Source: Oculatellaceae cyanobacterium bins.114
GTDB lineage: Bacteria > Cyanobacteriota > Cyanobacteriia > Elainellales > Elainellaceae
Direction: 5' to 3'
Assembly (NCBI GenBank): GCA_033764315.1
Contig: JANRJA010000045.1
Coordinates: forward strand, 1 to 29,109
DNA: 29,109 nucleotides
This document shows, piece by piece, positions 19,747 through 28,058 of this stretch (position 1 is the first letter of the stretch; each line of letters opens with the position of its first letter). The translations under genes and the position numbers were made by a program. Under the pieces are notes generated by a model that was given only the letters and a program-made list of their open reading frames with translations, did not search any database and was not told where the DNA came from.

Positions 19747-20988
19747 ATGAAAAGCTTAGATCAGGACATTCCTCAAGATCAGGAAAGAGGAATTGTGCCT
19801 GCACCCGCCGCATCCAGTCCAGCCCCTCGTCAACCGTTTAGTCTGCGATCGCTAATGCGAGGCGATTTGGGCTTTATTCCAGTTTTACTAACCCTGGCGT
19901 TGATTACGGTTTACTTTCAACTAACCACCAGCGGTGTTTTTCTGCAAGCCCGCAACCTGTCTAACCTGACTCAGCAGATCGTGGTAATCAGCATTTTGAG
20001 CGTGGCAGCCGTTCTAGTTTTGTTGTTGGGTGAAATTGACTTGAGTTTAGCTGCCGTGGCCCAAGCCTGTGCCGCGATTATGGCAGTGACATCGGTCTAC
20101 CAAAACTGGAACCCCTGGTTAGCGATGCTAGCAGGTTTGGCAGCCGGAGCACTAATTGGATTAGTCAACGGCTTCTTTGTAGCGGTGTTACGAGTGCCAG
20201 CATTTATCGTGACGTTGGCAGGTTCTATTGGCTATGCCGGGTTTTTGCTGCTGGTGTTGGGGCGACAAACCACGTTAATTGTGCGTGATCCAACGATTCG
20301 ATCACTAGCACCCACCTATCTTGACTCCGTGTTGGGATGGGGCATTCCCCTGGTGCTGGTTGTGTTGTATGGACTGGGGGTTTGGTATGAGCGTCGCAAA
20401 CGCACCCAAGCCGGATTATCCGTGCCGCCAACCTCTCGCTCGATTGGGCAAGTGGCGATCGCCGCTGTTGTTGCCCTGGTCTTGGTCTTTTTGTTTGAGT
20501 CTTACCAGGGAGTGCCGCAATCCGTGATGATTTCACTGGGATTGATCGTGACTTTTTGGTTAATTCTCAGGAAAACCACCTTTGGTCGCCACCTTTATGC
20601 CGTTGGGGGCAATGCCGAAGCGGCTCGACGAGCGGGTATCAACGTCGTTCAGATGAAAATTTTGGTGTTTGTCCTCGCGTCAACCCTGGCAGCCCTAGCC
20701 GGAATTATGTTGACCTCCCGCAGCACAGCTGTAGCAACCCAAATTAGCTCAACCCTGTTGTTGAATGCGATCGCCGCAGCAGTCATTGGGGGTGTGAGTT
20801 TGTTTGGCGGACGTGGCTCCGTGTGGGCAGTGGTGCTCGGTGCCCTCGTGATTGGCAGTCTAGATAACGGTCTAGACTTGCTGAATCAAGACCAAAGTGT
20901 CAAAAGCATTGTGCAAGGAGCGGTGTTGTTGTTGGCAGTGACCGCTGATGCAGTGGTGAGGCGATCGGGCCTCAAAACCGGACGATAG
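19747..20988 (+). CDS. Sugar ABC transporter permease (XylH/GguB-like)
   Basis: GEIDLS, VPAFIVTLAG, FGRHLYAVGGNAEAARRAGINV and AIAAAVIGGVSLFGGRG motifs. Confidence 0.9.
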   Translation: MKSLDQDIPQDQERGIVPAPAASSPAPRQPFSLRSLMRGDLGFIPVLLTLALITVYFQLTTSGVFLQARNLSNLTQQIVVISILSVAAVLVLLLGEIDLSLAAVAQACAAIMAVTSVYQNWNPWLAMLAGLAAGALIGLVNGFFVAVLRVPAFIVTLAGSIGYAGFLLLVLGRQTTLIVRDPTIRSLAPTYLDSVLGWGIPLVLVVLYGLGVWYERRKRTQAGLSVPPTSRSIGQVAIAAVVALVLVFLFESYQGVPQSVMISLGLIVTFWLILRKTTFGRHLYAVGGNAEAARRAGINVVQMKILVFVLASTLAALAGIMLTSRSTAVATQISSTLLLNAIAAAVIGGVSLFGGRGSVWAVVLGALVIGSLDNGLDLLNQDQSVKSIVQGAVLLLAVTADAVVRRSGLKTGR

Positions 20989-21045
20989 CCTTTATTGCTC
21001 GGAAGCTTGCTATAAAACGTCATTTGACCCCACTGTTGAACGGCG

Positions 21046-21112
21046 TCTCCCAAGGAGAAGGGAGCTAGAATCCAGTTCCCTCGCCCTTTGGGAGAGGGTT
21101 AGGGTTAGGGGG
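21046..21112. repeat. Cyanobacterial REP-like GC-rich hairpin repeat
   Basis: TCTCCCAAGG.GAAGGGA ... TCCCT.GCCCTTTGGGAGA inverted arms followed by GGGTTAGGGTTAGGGGG. Confidence 0.6.
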
Positions 21113-21165
21113 CATATCATATCTCTGTTTAGCAACACCTTTAACCGCATCTCCCCAAGCTAAGG

Positions 21166-21416
21166 CTACGGTGTATACACAAGTCCTTTTAGCTCTCTAA
21201 ATTCCCCAACTTTGGGGGACTTTGAGCCTATACCAAAGGTCTTCCCCCTACCAGAAACACCCGGACTTGGAATCGATGCGAAGCGCGTCTTTGGGGTGAA
21301 TCGAAACACCGTCTGCTAGGGGGTTTGGGGGAGACTCCCTCAATGCCTGGGTTCCAAACGCTGGCAACAACCCTGCCCCTAATCTGGAAGAAAACAGAGA
21401 TCTGTGTACACAGTAG
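21166..21416. mobile_element. 251-bp non-autonomous MITE with IS4-like ends and an 11-bp target-site duplication
   Basis: Left end CTACGGTGTATACACAAGTC versus reverse-complemented right end CTACTGTGTACACAGATCTC (15/20 match). Direct repeat CCAAGCTAAGG at 21155-21165 and 21417-21427. No transposase inside. Confidence 0.85.
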
Positions 21417-21750
21417 CCAAGCTAAGGGGAGGGTGAGAGGGGTTTATAAGGCTACTTGTTGCCCAAACTTCGTATCACATTCCTGAAAATTTTTGTATCA
21501 CATCCCTGGAGATTGAAAGTCTCTAGGTTTTTTTTGGGGCAGGTTCCTGCTGAGTGAAATACAGGATTGCATAGAATTTTTGGCTAATGAATGGATGACG
21601 CGATGTGCAACTTAGAGGTTTAGATTCCTGGTTGCTCGTTCAGCATCCTCAAAGTCGTTTGATTTGTGTCACAGCAACCGGGGATCTGGGGAAAGTCGCA
21701 CACGGGGTGCAATCAAAAAAATGACTCAACTCCATGATCAATTTGAGTAC

Positions 21751-21794
21751 TCTCCAAGGGTGGAGAAATGAACAATTTCTTTGCTGGCTAAAAT
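21751..21794 (+). promoter_or_regulatory. Palindromic operator plus -10 box upstream of the LEA-like lipoprotein
   Basis: TCTCCA-AGGG-TGGAGA (21751-21766), a 22-nt spacer, then TAAAAT (21789-21794). Confidence 0.4.
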
Positions 21795-21925
21795 GCGACC
21801 TTCGCTAGAGGGAGCGATCGCCATTTTTACCTACTGTGAATAAGGCATCGGTGATAGTTAAATACGCTCGAACACATCGAGCAAAATATGGTTTGCACAT
21901 TAAAATTTGGACACAAGGAGTTATT

Positions 21926-22543
21926 ATGAATCGATTCAGATCAATCCTGAAAAAACTACAACTAGAAAAGGTGATCATTGCGTTTTTGGCAGGCATTTTG
22001 TTATTCGTAACAGGTTGCACTCGAGCAGAAGCTAAAACGTCCATTCCTGCTCCTGAAGTCTCTGGCAAAGCAGGAACGTATAACAATCGAGTAGGGCAAC
22101 AAACAGAACTGTATGACCCTATTCAAGAGCGCAAGGGTGGCATGAATGAATACAGCGATGTTGAACCCAATGTTGATGAAAACAACACAAAAGCACGAGC
22201 ACTAGTTGACAACGCTAAAGCTAACATTCAAAAGGTTCAGTCTCCCCAAGAATTTGCTGACGAATATCGCAGCGGCACCCCCATAGGTCAGCGTGTTAAA
22301 AACATCGTTGGTGGTGTAACTGACGCGACTCAAAACACAGCAGAAGATGCCGCTAAGGGTGCTAAGCGGGGCAGCGAAAATCTGCAAACGAATGTTCGTG
22401 AAGCAGGCGATGAAGTGACTGAAGATGTTCGTCATGGAACGAGAGAAACTGCAAACTCTGCTCGCGATCGCGCTGATCGGACTGTCAAAGGAGTTCAACG
22501 TGGCGTTACCGATGCGGCTGATCAGCTAAATAGCCGCCGTTAA
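21926..22543 (+). CDS. Cyanobacterial lipoprotein-like protein with a hydrophilic LEA-like C-terminus (DUF6658-like)
   Basis: AAGGAG RBS before ATG 21926; hydrophobic segment ending VTGC; KGGMNEYSD motif; Ala/Asp/Thr/Lys/Arg-rich amphipathic tail. Confidence 0.75.
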   Translation: MNRFRSILKKLQLEKVIIAFLAGILLFVTGCTRAEAKTSIPAPEVSGKAGTYNNRVGQQTELYDPIQERKGGMNEYSDVEPNVDENNTKARALVDNAKANIQKVQSPQEFADEYRSGTPIGQRVKNIVGGVTDATQNTAEDAAKGAKRGSENLQTNVREAGDEVTEDVRHGTRETANSARDRADRTVKGVQRGVTDAADQLNSRR

Positions 22544-22584
22544 TCTCGACCTCTAACCTCGACTGTATTGTTTTGTCTCTACTT

Positions 22585-22618
22585 AAATCCTTCCTCAGTC
22601 ACGGGGAAGGATTTTTTT
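22585..22618 (+). terminator. Intrinsic terminator of the lipoprotein gene
   Basis: AAATCCTTCCT...GGGGAAGGATTT stem running into a T-tract. Confidence 0.85.
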
Positions 22619-22641
22619 AGGCAGGCGTGTCGTCAAGATGG

Positions 22642-22758
22642 TATAGCAATCGAAGGGTTAGTTATACCGATTTAATGTTTGATTGTGGCCGATAGCTGGG
22701 TAGGAGCGTTTTGCGAAATGCCCTGACGAAATCATGTGCTGTCTTGACAGTTGCTATA
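22642..22758. mobile_element. Degenerate TA-flanked MITE carrying a GTAG-type REP
   Basis: Ends TATAGCAA... and ...TTGCTATA; internal GTAGGAGCGTTTTGCGAAATGCCCTGAC at 22700-22727. Confidence 0.5.
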
Positions 22759-22873
22759 GGCAGCGGTAGGAGCATTACAAATGTTTAAAAAACATTCCTT
22801 AATCTTCTATTAATATAAAAATTCTCTCCTTAACCTTAAAAGCAAAAAAACCGCTATAAACGAGGCACTCACC

Positions 22874-23950
22874 GTGGCGTCACCTGCATTTCTATTAAGT
22901 CGAATATCATTACAGTTTGATCACGTATCAAAGGATTTAATTAACAACATTTCAGCATGCGTTCTTTCACCAGAAAACTATTTATGGTTAGGGTCGGATG
23001 AGTTGGCTACGATTGAACGATTATCCAGTTTAGAATCCTATCAATACGGAAATCATCAATCCTTTGCGATCGCAGATTTCATTGATTTGCCCAACTCAAA
23101 AACTGAGGTTGATATCGAAGGAATTGATTACAGTAATTACTATCTTTGGTTTACTGGATCACATAGCCCTAAACGAAAAGCAACAAAAGGAAAAAATGCA
23201 GAAAAAGATGTCCGACATCTCATGGATATCACGACCGAACCCAATCGCTACACAATTGCCCGGATTCCTGTAATTGATGGAGCATTATTCAAATCGTGTG
23301 ATCATCCCCAAAAGCCCAAAAAGCAACTTACAGCCGCTGCTCTAGAAAGAACTGATTCAGGGAACATCCTGATCGATGCTTTGCAACAAGATGAGCATTT
23401 AGGAGCTTTTGTTGCTAATACATTGCCCAGTAAAGAAAACGGATTTGATATTGAAGGATTAGCCGTTCACGGCAATACTATCTTTTTAGGTTTAAGGGGA
23501 CCCGTCTTAAGGGGTTGGGCAATTATTCTAGAGCTTGAAGTTGAAGAAGCCCATGCAGGAATATTGACTCTCAAACGATTTCGCAAAACCGATCGGGTAT
23601 ACAAAAAATATTTCGTCAACCTGGATGGGTTAGGCATTCGAGAGTTGTGTTTGTGCGGAGAAGACTTGCTAATTTTGGCAGGCCCCACAATGGATTTAGT
23701 TGGAACCAATCGTATTTTTCGCCTCAAGCACATTCTCGATGAGGGTAATGACACGCTATTTGATCAAGATGGCAAACGGCTAGAACCCTTGTTTGATTTG
23801 CCCTATAACGCCTCTGCTGACAAAGCCGAAGGATTAGCTCTGATCTCGTGTTTGGGGCAAGCGAGTGCCTTGTTAGTGTTATATGACGAACCCGATGCTC
23901 AACGGTTGTTGAAGCCTGACACTGTGTTAGTCGATGTGTTTAAGCTATAG
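22874..23950 (+). CDS. DUF3616-family protein (predicted beta-propeller)
   Basis: LWLGSDE, EVDIEGI, YLWFTGSHS.KRK, KENGFDIEGLA, GLRGPVLRGWA, GLGIREL, LAGPTM and DKAEGL motifs. GTG start with GAGG RBS. Confidence 0.85.
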   Translation: MASPAFLLSRISLQFDHVSKDLINNISACVLSPENYLWLGSDELATIERLSSLESYQYGNHQSFAIADFIDLPNSKTEVDIEGIDYSNYYLWFTGSHSPKRKATKGKNAEKDVRHLMDITTEPNRYTIARIPVIDGALFKSCDHPQKPKKQLTAAALERTDSGNILIDALQQDEHLGAFVANTLPSKENGFDIEGLAVHGNTIFLGLRGPVLRGWAIILELEVEEAHAGILTLKRFRKTDRVYKKYFVNLDGLGIRELCLCGEDLLILAGPTMDLVGTNRIFRLKHILDEGNDTLFDQDGKRLEPLFDLPYNASADKAEGLALISCLGQASALLVLYDEPDAQRLLKPDTVLVDVFKL

Positions 23951-24128
23951 CTCGATAATCTAACCCCAAGGGGGATCATACTGTTGGATACTCCGGACGG
24001 ATGAAGTGCGATGTTTGGTATCAACAGTAACGTTAAAACAGTGTGCAGAGAGAAGCAATACTCAGATTTGATTGAGTAGCCCTCTGCCCCGCCCTGTTTA
24101 TTAGTGTTCTTGTGTAAGGATAATTGCG

Positions 24129-24545
24129 ATGGTGTATTCCCTCAGTCAGTTTAAGGCTGTGCTGAATGGTCTGGGTTACAACTTAGGACCCGATGGGCAT
24201 GGAGGTAATTACGGCAATTTGCTCGATTCCTACACTCAGGCTGCAATTTACGAGTTTCAAATAGACCATCGTCTATCTAGCACTGGGGTGTTAGACTCAG
24301 CCACCGTTGAAAAAGCAAGGCAACTCGTTCGTAATCTGCAACACAGTCTCAATTTGGTTGTGAACGCTCACCTGCCTGTGAACGAATTTTATGGCACTAA
24401 TACTGTAAAAGCCGTAATGCAATTTCAAAAGGCATACGAGTTGCCCATCACTGGAATAGCTGGTTATGCCGTTCGTAAATGCTTGGATAACGCGGTTAAA
24501 CAACAACTGCGACGACAACTCAACTCGCACAAAGTTTCCGTGTAA
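24129..24545 (+). CDS. Peptidoglycan-binding domain protein (two PG_binding_1 repeats)
   Basis: LNGLGY...TQAAIYEFQ..HRL..TGVLD..T and LQHSLN...YG.NT.KAVMQFQKAYEL.ITGIAG; AAGGA RBS. Confidence 0.85.
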   Translation: MVYSLSQFKAVLNGLGYNLGPDGHGGNYGNLLDSYTQAAIYEFQIDHRLSSTGVLDSATVEKARQLVRNLQHSLNLVVNAHLPVNEFYGTNTVKAVMQFQKAYELPITGIAGYAVRKCLDNAVKQQLRRQLNSHKVSV

Positions 24546-24602
24546 GTGAGTCCAGTTATCGTCAGCAGGTTCATGCTGGACTAATGTTACCAATCCAACA
24601 CC

Positions 24603-24631
24603 GATCAGCCATGGGAACCCATGACTGGATC
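24603..24631. terminator. Hairpin between the convergent PG-binding and lexA genes
   Basis: GATCAGCCATGG-GAAC-CCATGACTGGATC imperfect inverted repeat with no clear U-tract. Confidence 0.4.
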
Positions 24632-24687
24632 AGGCAGTGGACAGAGCATGTCGACTTTGGTATCTGTTTCGTTGTCGAGCCTGGATT

Positions 24688-25290
24688 TTAGGAGGCGTAG
24701 CCGCGCCAAACCGCAACCAGCACTCCTTGAATCTGTACTTGCACCGCTGGATATTCCATAGGCAGATAGTTAGAGTTTGCAGGCTTTAGCGTTACTTTGC
24801 TGGCTTTGCGATAGTAATGCTTGAGCGTTGTGCCTTCACCTTCGACTCTGGCTGCAACTATGGTGCCATCTTTGATCGATTTTGGATCTTGGATGGGGCG
24901 CATGATGACAATGTCACCCTTGTCGATCAGGGCCTCGATCATGCTGTCTCCTGTAACTCGAAGCGCAAAATCTCCAGGGCGTAAGGCTGCGCTGGAAAAA
25001 TCAAGTTGCTCTTGGGTGTCGGTAAACGGCTCAACCAAGGAACCTGCTGCGATCGCCCCTAATATGGGTACACCTTGAGAATGAAGGATGCGAATAGTTC
25101 TCGCTCTGCCCTCAGTCCAGTCGATATAGCCTTTGTTACGCAAATGCTCTAAACGACTTTGAATCGGAGCAGGAGACTTGAGATCCATCGCCCTCATCAT
25201 TTGACGAATCGAGGGAGAATGCTGATTTTGTTTGATATAGTCAACCAGCCAATCATAGAGTTGTCGCTGGACTTCAGTTAAAGATTCCAT
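24688..25290 (-). CDS. lexA: SOS-response repressor LexA
   Basis: wHTH with PSIRQMMRAM.LKSPAPIQSRLEHL; Ala-Gly cleavage site (IAAG); catalytic Ser (GDSM) and Lys (TLKH). ATG 25290. Confidence 0.97.
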   Translation of the reverse strand: MESLTEVQRQLYDWLVDYIKQNQHSPSIRQMMRAMDLKSPAPIQSRLEHLRNKGYIDWTEGRARTIRILHSQGVPILGAIAAGSLVEPFTDTQEQLDFSSAALRPGDFALRVTGDSMIEALIDKGDIVIMRPIQDPKSIKDGTIVAARVEGEGTTLKHYYRKASKVTLKPANSNYLPMEYPAVQVQIQGVLVAVWRGYAS

Positions 25291-25333
25291 AGGGGGGTAC
25301 ATCGAATACTGATGTGAGTAGCACTGCGCCATC

Positions 25334-25358
25334 AGAACATTTGTACCATCAAAATATA
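25334..25358 (-). promoter_or_regulatory. LexA box and -10 element of the lexA promoter
   Basis: Minus strand GGTACAAATGTTCT (25347-25334) fits the cyanobacterial consensus RGTACNNNDGTWCB exactly. TATATT -10 box lies 5 nt upstream. Confidence 0.85.
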
Positions 25359-25372
25359 ATTTTGTCTAGTCT

Positions 25373-26524
25373 TTACTTTAAACTTCCCCGGTTCATTTGT
25401 TCTCGTTCGATCGCCTCAAATAGTGCCCGAAAATTTCCTTCTCCAAACCCCTCTGCGGTCTTGCGTTGTTGATCAACATAATAGTGTTGCCGTTGAATCA
25501 ACTCAAAAAAGAAGGTGGGTTGCCCAAAAATGGGCTGAGTAAAAGCTTGTAGCAACATCGCGTTGGGGTTGTCAGGTTGCCAATCGACTAACACTTCTTG
25601 GCAGGCGATCGCCCGCCATTGAGCCTGGGTCAGTTGAAACCCAGGTCGTTCCCGCAATTGCTCGTAATAAGTTGATGGTACTGATAAAAAAGCGATTCCC
25701 TGTTGTCGCAGGTGGGCGATCGTTTGCACAATATCACGAGTTTGCAGGGCAATATGTTGAATACCAGAGCCTCGATTATGGTTTAAAAACTCCTGGATTT
25801 GAGAACTGGGTGAAGCAGATTCATTAATGGGCAACTGAGCAGTGCCCTGTGGGTGAACCAGCACTTGACTACACAATCCTGAATAGTCTGTGTGAATAGC
25901 AAACGCTTGTTGTTTTTGAAAGCCTAAGGTAGCTTCATACCAAGCCGCGGCCTGTCTTAATTGACCTGATGCCACATTCAACACGGCATGGTCGATGGCT
26001 AGAAATGGCAAAAGAGAGGGTTCCATTGCCCAATGCAATTTACCCGCTTGGGTCGCTGAGCTAATGTTGTCAGTTCGATCAACACCCCATGAGGAGCTTA
26101 GGAACGGGGTTTGCAGCGGTGAAGGGGACTCGACCAAGGTATGAGTTAACTCTCCCCATCCTTGAATTTGAACCCATTTTTTTGAATTGAAAGGGAGGCT
26201 GATCAAGGGGTTGAGCTGCTCTTGCCATGACCCCAGTTGTCTGGCTCCATGGGCGATCGCTCGTTCTATTACCGGGTCTAGCGATGCTACTCGAAACGCA
26301 ATATCGGTCACACCAGCAGGATGCCGTTTGAGATAAGCTGCCACTGGGCTATCAATAGATAGAGGCGAAGAGAGCACACAGTGAACGGCCCCACTATGGA
26401 CGACAGCCGTTTGAGTATGTCGGGTTGAGGTGATGACACCGGACTGAAACCCCAACCGTTGCACGAACCAGTCTCGCCAAGCGATCGCGTCTTCAACATA
26501 AAAATGGACGTGATCAATATCCAT
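25373..26524 (-). CDS. hppD: 4-hydroxyphenylpyruvate dioxygenase
   Basis: IDHVHFYV, IDHAVLNV, PINE...SQIQEFL..N.GSGIQHIAL, LLQAFTQP, FFELIQR and GFGEGNFRALFEAIE motifs (His/His/Glu iron ligands). Confidence 0.95.
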   Translation of the reverse strand: MDIDHVHFYVEDAIAWRDWFVQRLGFQSGVITSTRHTQTAVVHSGAVHCVLSSPLSIDSPVAAYLKRHPAGVTDIAFRVASLDPVIERAIAHGARQLGSWQEQLNPLISLPFNSKKWVQIQGWGELTHTLVESPSPLQTPFLSSSWGVDRTDNISSATQAGKLHWAMEPSLLPFLAIDHAVLNVASGQLRQAAAWYEATLGFQKQQAFAIHTDYSGLCSQVLVHPQGTAQLPINESASPSSQIQEFLNHNRGSGIQHIALQTRDIVQTIAHLRQQGIAFLSVPSTYYEQLRERPGFQLTQAQWRAIACQEVLVDWQPDNPNAMLLQAFTQPIFGQPTFFFELIQRQHYYVDQQRKTAEGFGEGNFRALFEAIEREQMNRGSLK

Positions 26525-26773
26525 ATGAAGTTTAAGTCAAAAGAATAAGTGGCTTGCGAATGGGATGTTGACCTCCATTGGAATCGCTTGAGGCTCTAAG
26601 GAAAGCGTAAATAGAATAGCATCTGCAACGACTTGAGCGTGCAGCCTTTGACTACGATCTACCTTAAGGCTGACATGGCTTGAGGGGTGATCTAAAACGA
26701 CACCCATCTACCAATTGCTCCAAGCATTCCTGTGTTACCATCTCTAGAAATCTGAGCTAGACATCAATATTTC

Positions 26774-26803
26774 CGTAAGGACGTTTTGCGAAACCCCCTT
26801 ACG
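26774..26803. repeat. GTAG-family REP-like hairpin
   Basis: CGTAAGGACGTTTTGCGAAACCCCCTTACG, similar to the copy at 22700-22727. Confidence 0.65.
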
Positions 26804-26847
26804 CTGATCGGTGACAGTTATGGGTTGAACTGGCATAACAAAGATCG

Positions 26848-26865
26848 TTTACAGTTCTTTACATC
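26848..26865. promoter_or_regulatory. HLR1-like (RpaB) direct repeat upstream of hppD
   Basis: TTTACAGT-TC-TTTACATC; TTTACA repeated with a 10-bp period. Confidence 0.4.
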
Positions 26866-26939
26866 TCAACTTCAATCATACGACACGTCCTTGATGTCGC
26901 TGGTCGAGATGAGGTAGTAATAACTAACGGGACAGACCC

Positions 26940-27731
26940 TTATTTTTGAGCGATCGCCACTGATTGATCCAAGCTTTGAGGCTTGTAGTGATCTACAGAA
27001 TATTGGTCGATGTGTCGATATAAGAGCAACGACGGGTGATCACAACAGGTAAAAAACTCGACTGCGGCTTGATCCTCGCCTAAAAGCTTGACCTTTGGGG
27101 CTAAATCTTTGGGAGGGTTGCCTCGCCACTGCCAATTGACCTCACTGGGAGGGGCACTGACCAGTTGGTGATGGCTCCAAGTGCGGCGTTGCCCTAATGC
27201 CCCAAACTCTTGCAACTCGCGTCGAAAGATGGAAGCAATAACAAACGAGACAGGCGAGCGATCGCCCTCAATTGCCTCCATAAAACTAGGGAGAGCACCT
27301 ACTGGCTTTGGGATTTGTGAAAGGCTAGTACTGTTAACGAGTGCCTTCTCTAGTTGAGCTGTGGAGCTGAGGTCTTCTGGAATGGCCCACACCACACCCA
27401 CACCACTGTCTTCAGATCGGTAGAGATAACTCACCAGGCGAAAGCCTGATTTTAAGGACAATCCTGGTAATTTTAGAAGCGCGGCGGCAGGGTTAACAGT
27501 ACTAACAAACCACTGATCGCGGACTTGAATGGCCCCCTCATCAGCATCTGTAACACCACCAAAGGTAAACAGACCGCTCAGATCATCGAGTGACTCTGGT
27601 TCAGGCAAATCATCACTCCCCGTTGTGAATGATGATTGAGGTTGCTGCTCTGAATCTGGCAATAATAATGTGTTCTTAATATATTGCCTGACTTTTTGAA
27701 TCGCGCTGAGAGAAAATTTTTGAATTGACAT
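26940..27731 (-). CDS. Hypothetical protein (263 aa)
   Basis: Long uninterrupted ORF with ATG start and globular composition (RELQEFGALG..RTWSHH). No family recognised. Confidence 0.8.
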   Translation of the reverse strand: MSIQKFSLSAIQKVRQYIKNTLLLPDSEQQPQSSFTTGSDDLPEPESLDDLSGLFTFGGVTDADEGAIQVRDQWFVSTVNPAAALLKLPGLSLKSGFRLVSYLYRSEDSGVGVVWAIPEDLSSTAQLEKALVNSTSLSQIPKPVGALPSFMEAIEGDRSPVSFVIASIFRRELQEFGALGQRRTWSHHQLVSAPPSEVNWQWRGNPPKDLAPKVKLLGEDQAAVEFFTCCDHPSLLLYRHIDQYSVDHYKPQSLDQSVAIAQK

Positions 27732-28058
27732 GACTGGCGTAGCGCTTGCGTGTGAGTACAGAAGTGTCAGATCGCTACTGCGTCAGACAGGTAATAGCCG
27801 AGTAGATACCAGAATTGAGCTGCATAGATGCCACGAAGTCAAAGCTGTGAGGACGTCAAAAGCACTTGCTTTGATCCCTCTTTGGCTCAACCCGTCCTGA
27901 AGGAGAGTTTAAAGACCATATTACCTGCATACTCGATCGCCAGCCTTCCGAGTAAATATTGAAATTACCAGATCTCTACTGTTGAGTGATGAGTCACAGC
28001 AACTATCTGAAAAAGATCTGACTGTGGCACGCTCCTAATTTGAAGGAAGCGATCGAAG

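Noticed and set aside
21472-21514. Imperfect 20-bp direct repeat (GTATCACAT...), considered as a CRISPR remnant
   Set aside because: Two copies with a 3-nt gap and no spacers or cas genes. No CRISPR array was seen anywhere in the window.
21836-21925. N-terminal extensions in the ORF track (also at 1465, 5147, 8582, 18763 and 25332)
   Set aside because: Downstream ATGs fit RBS position or family N-termini better.
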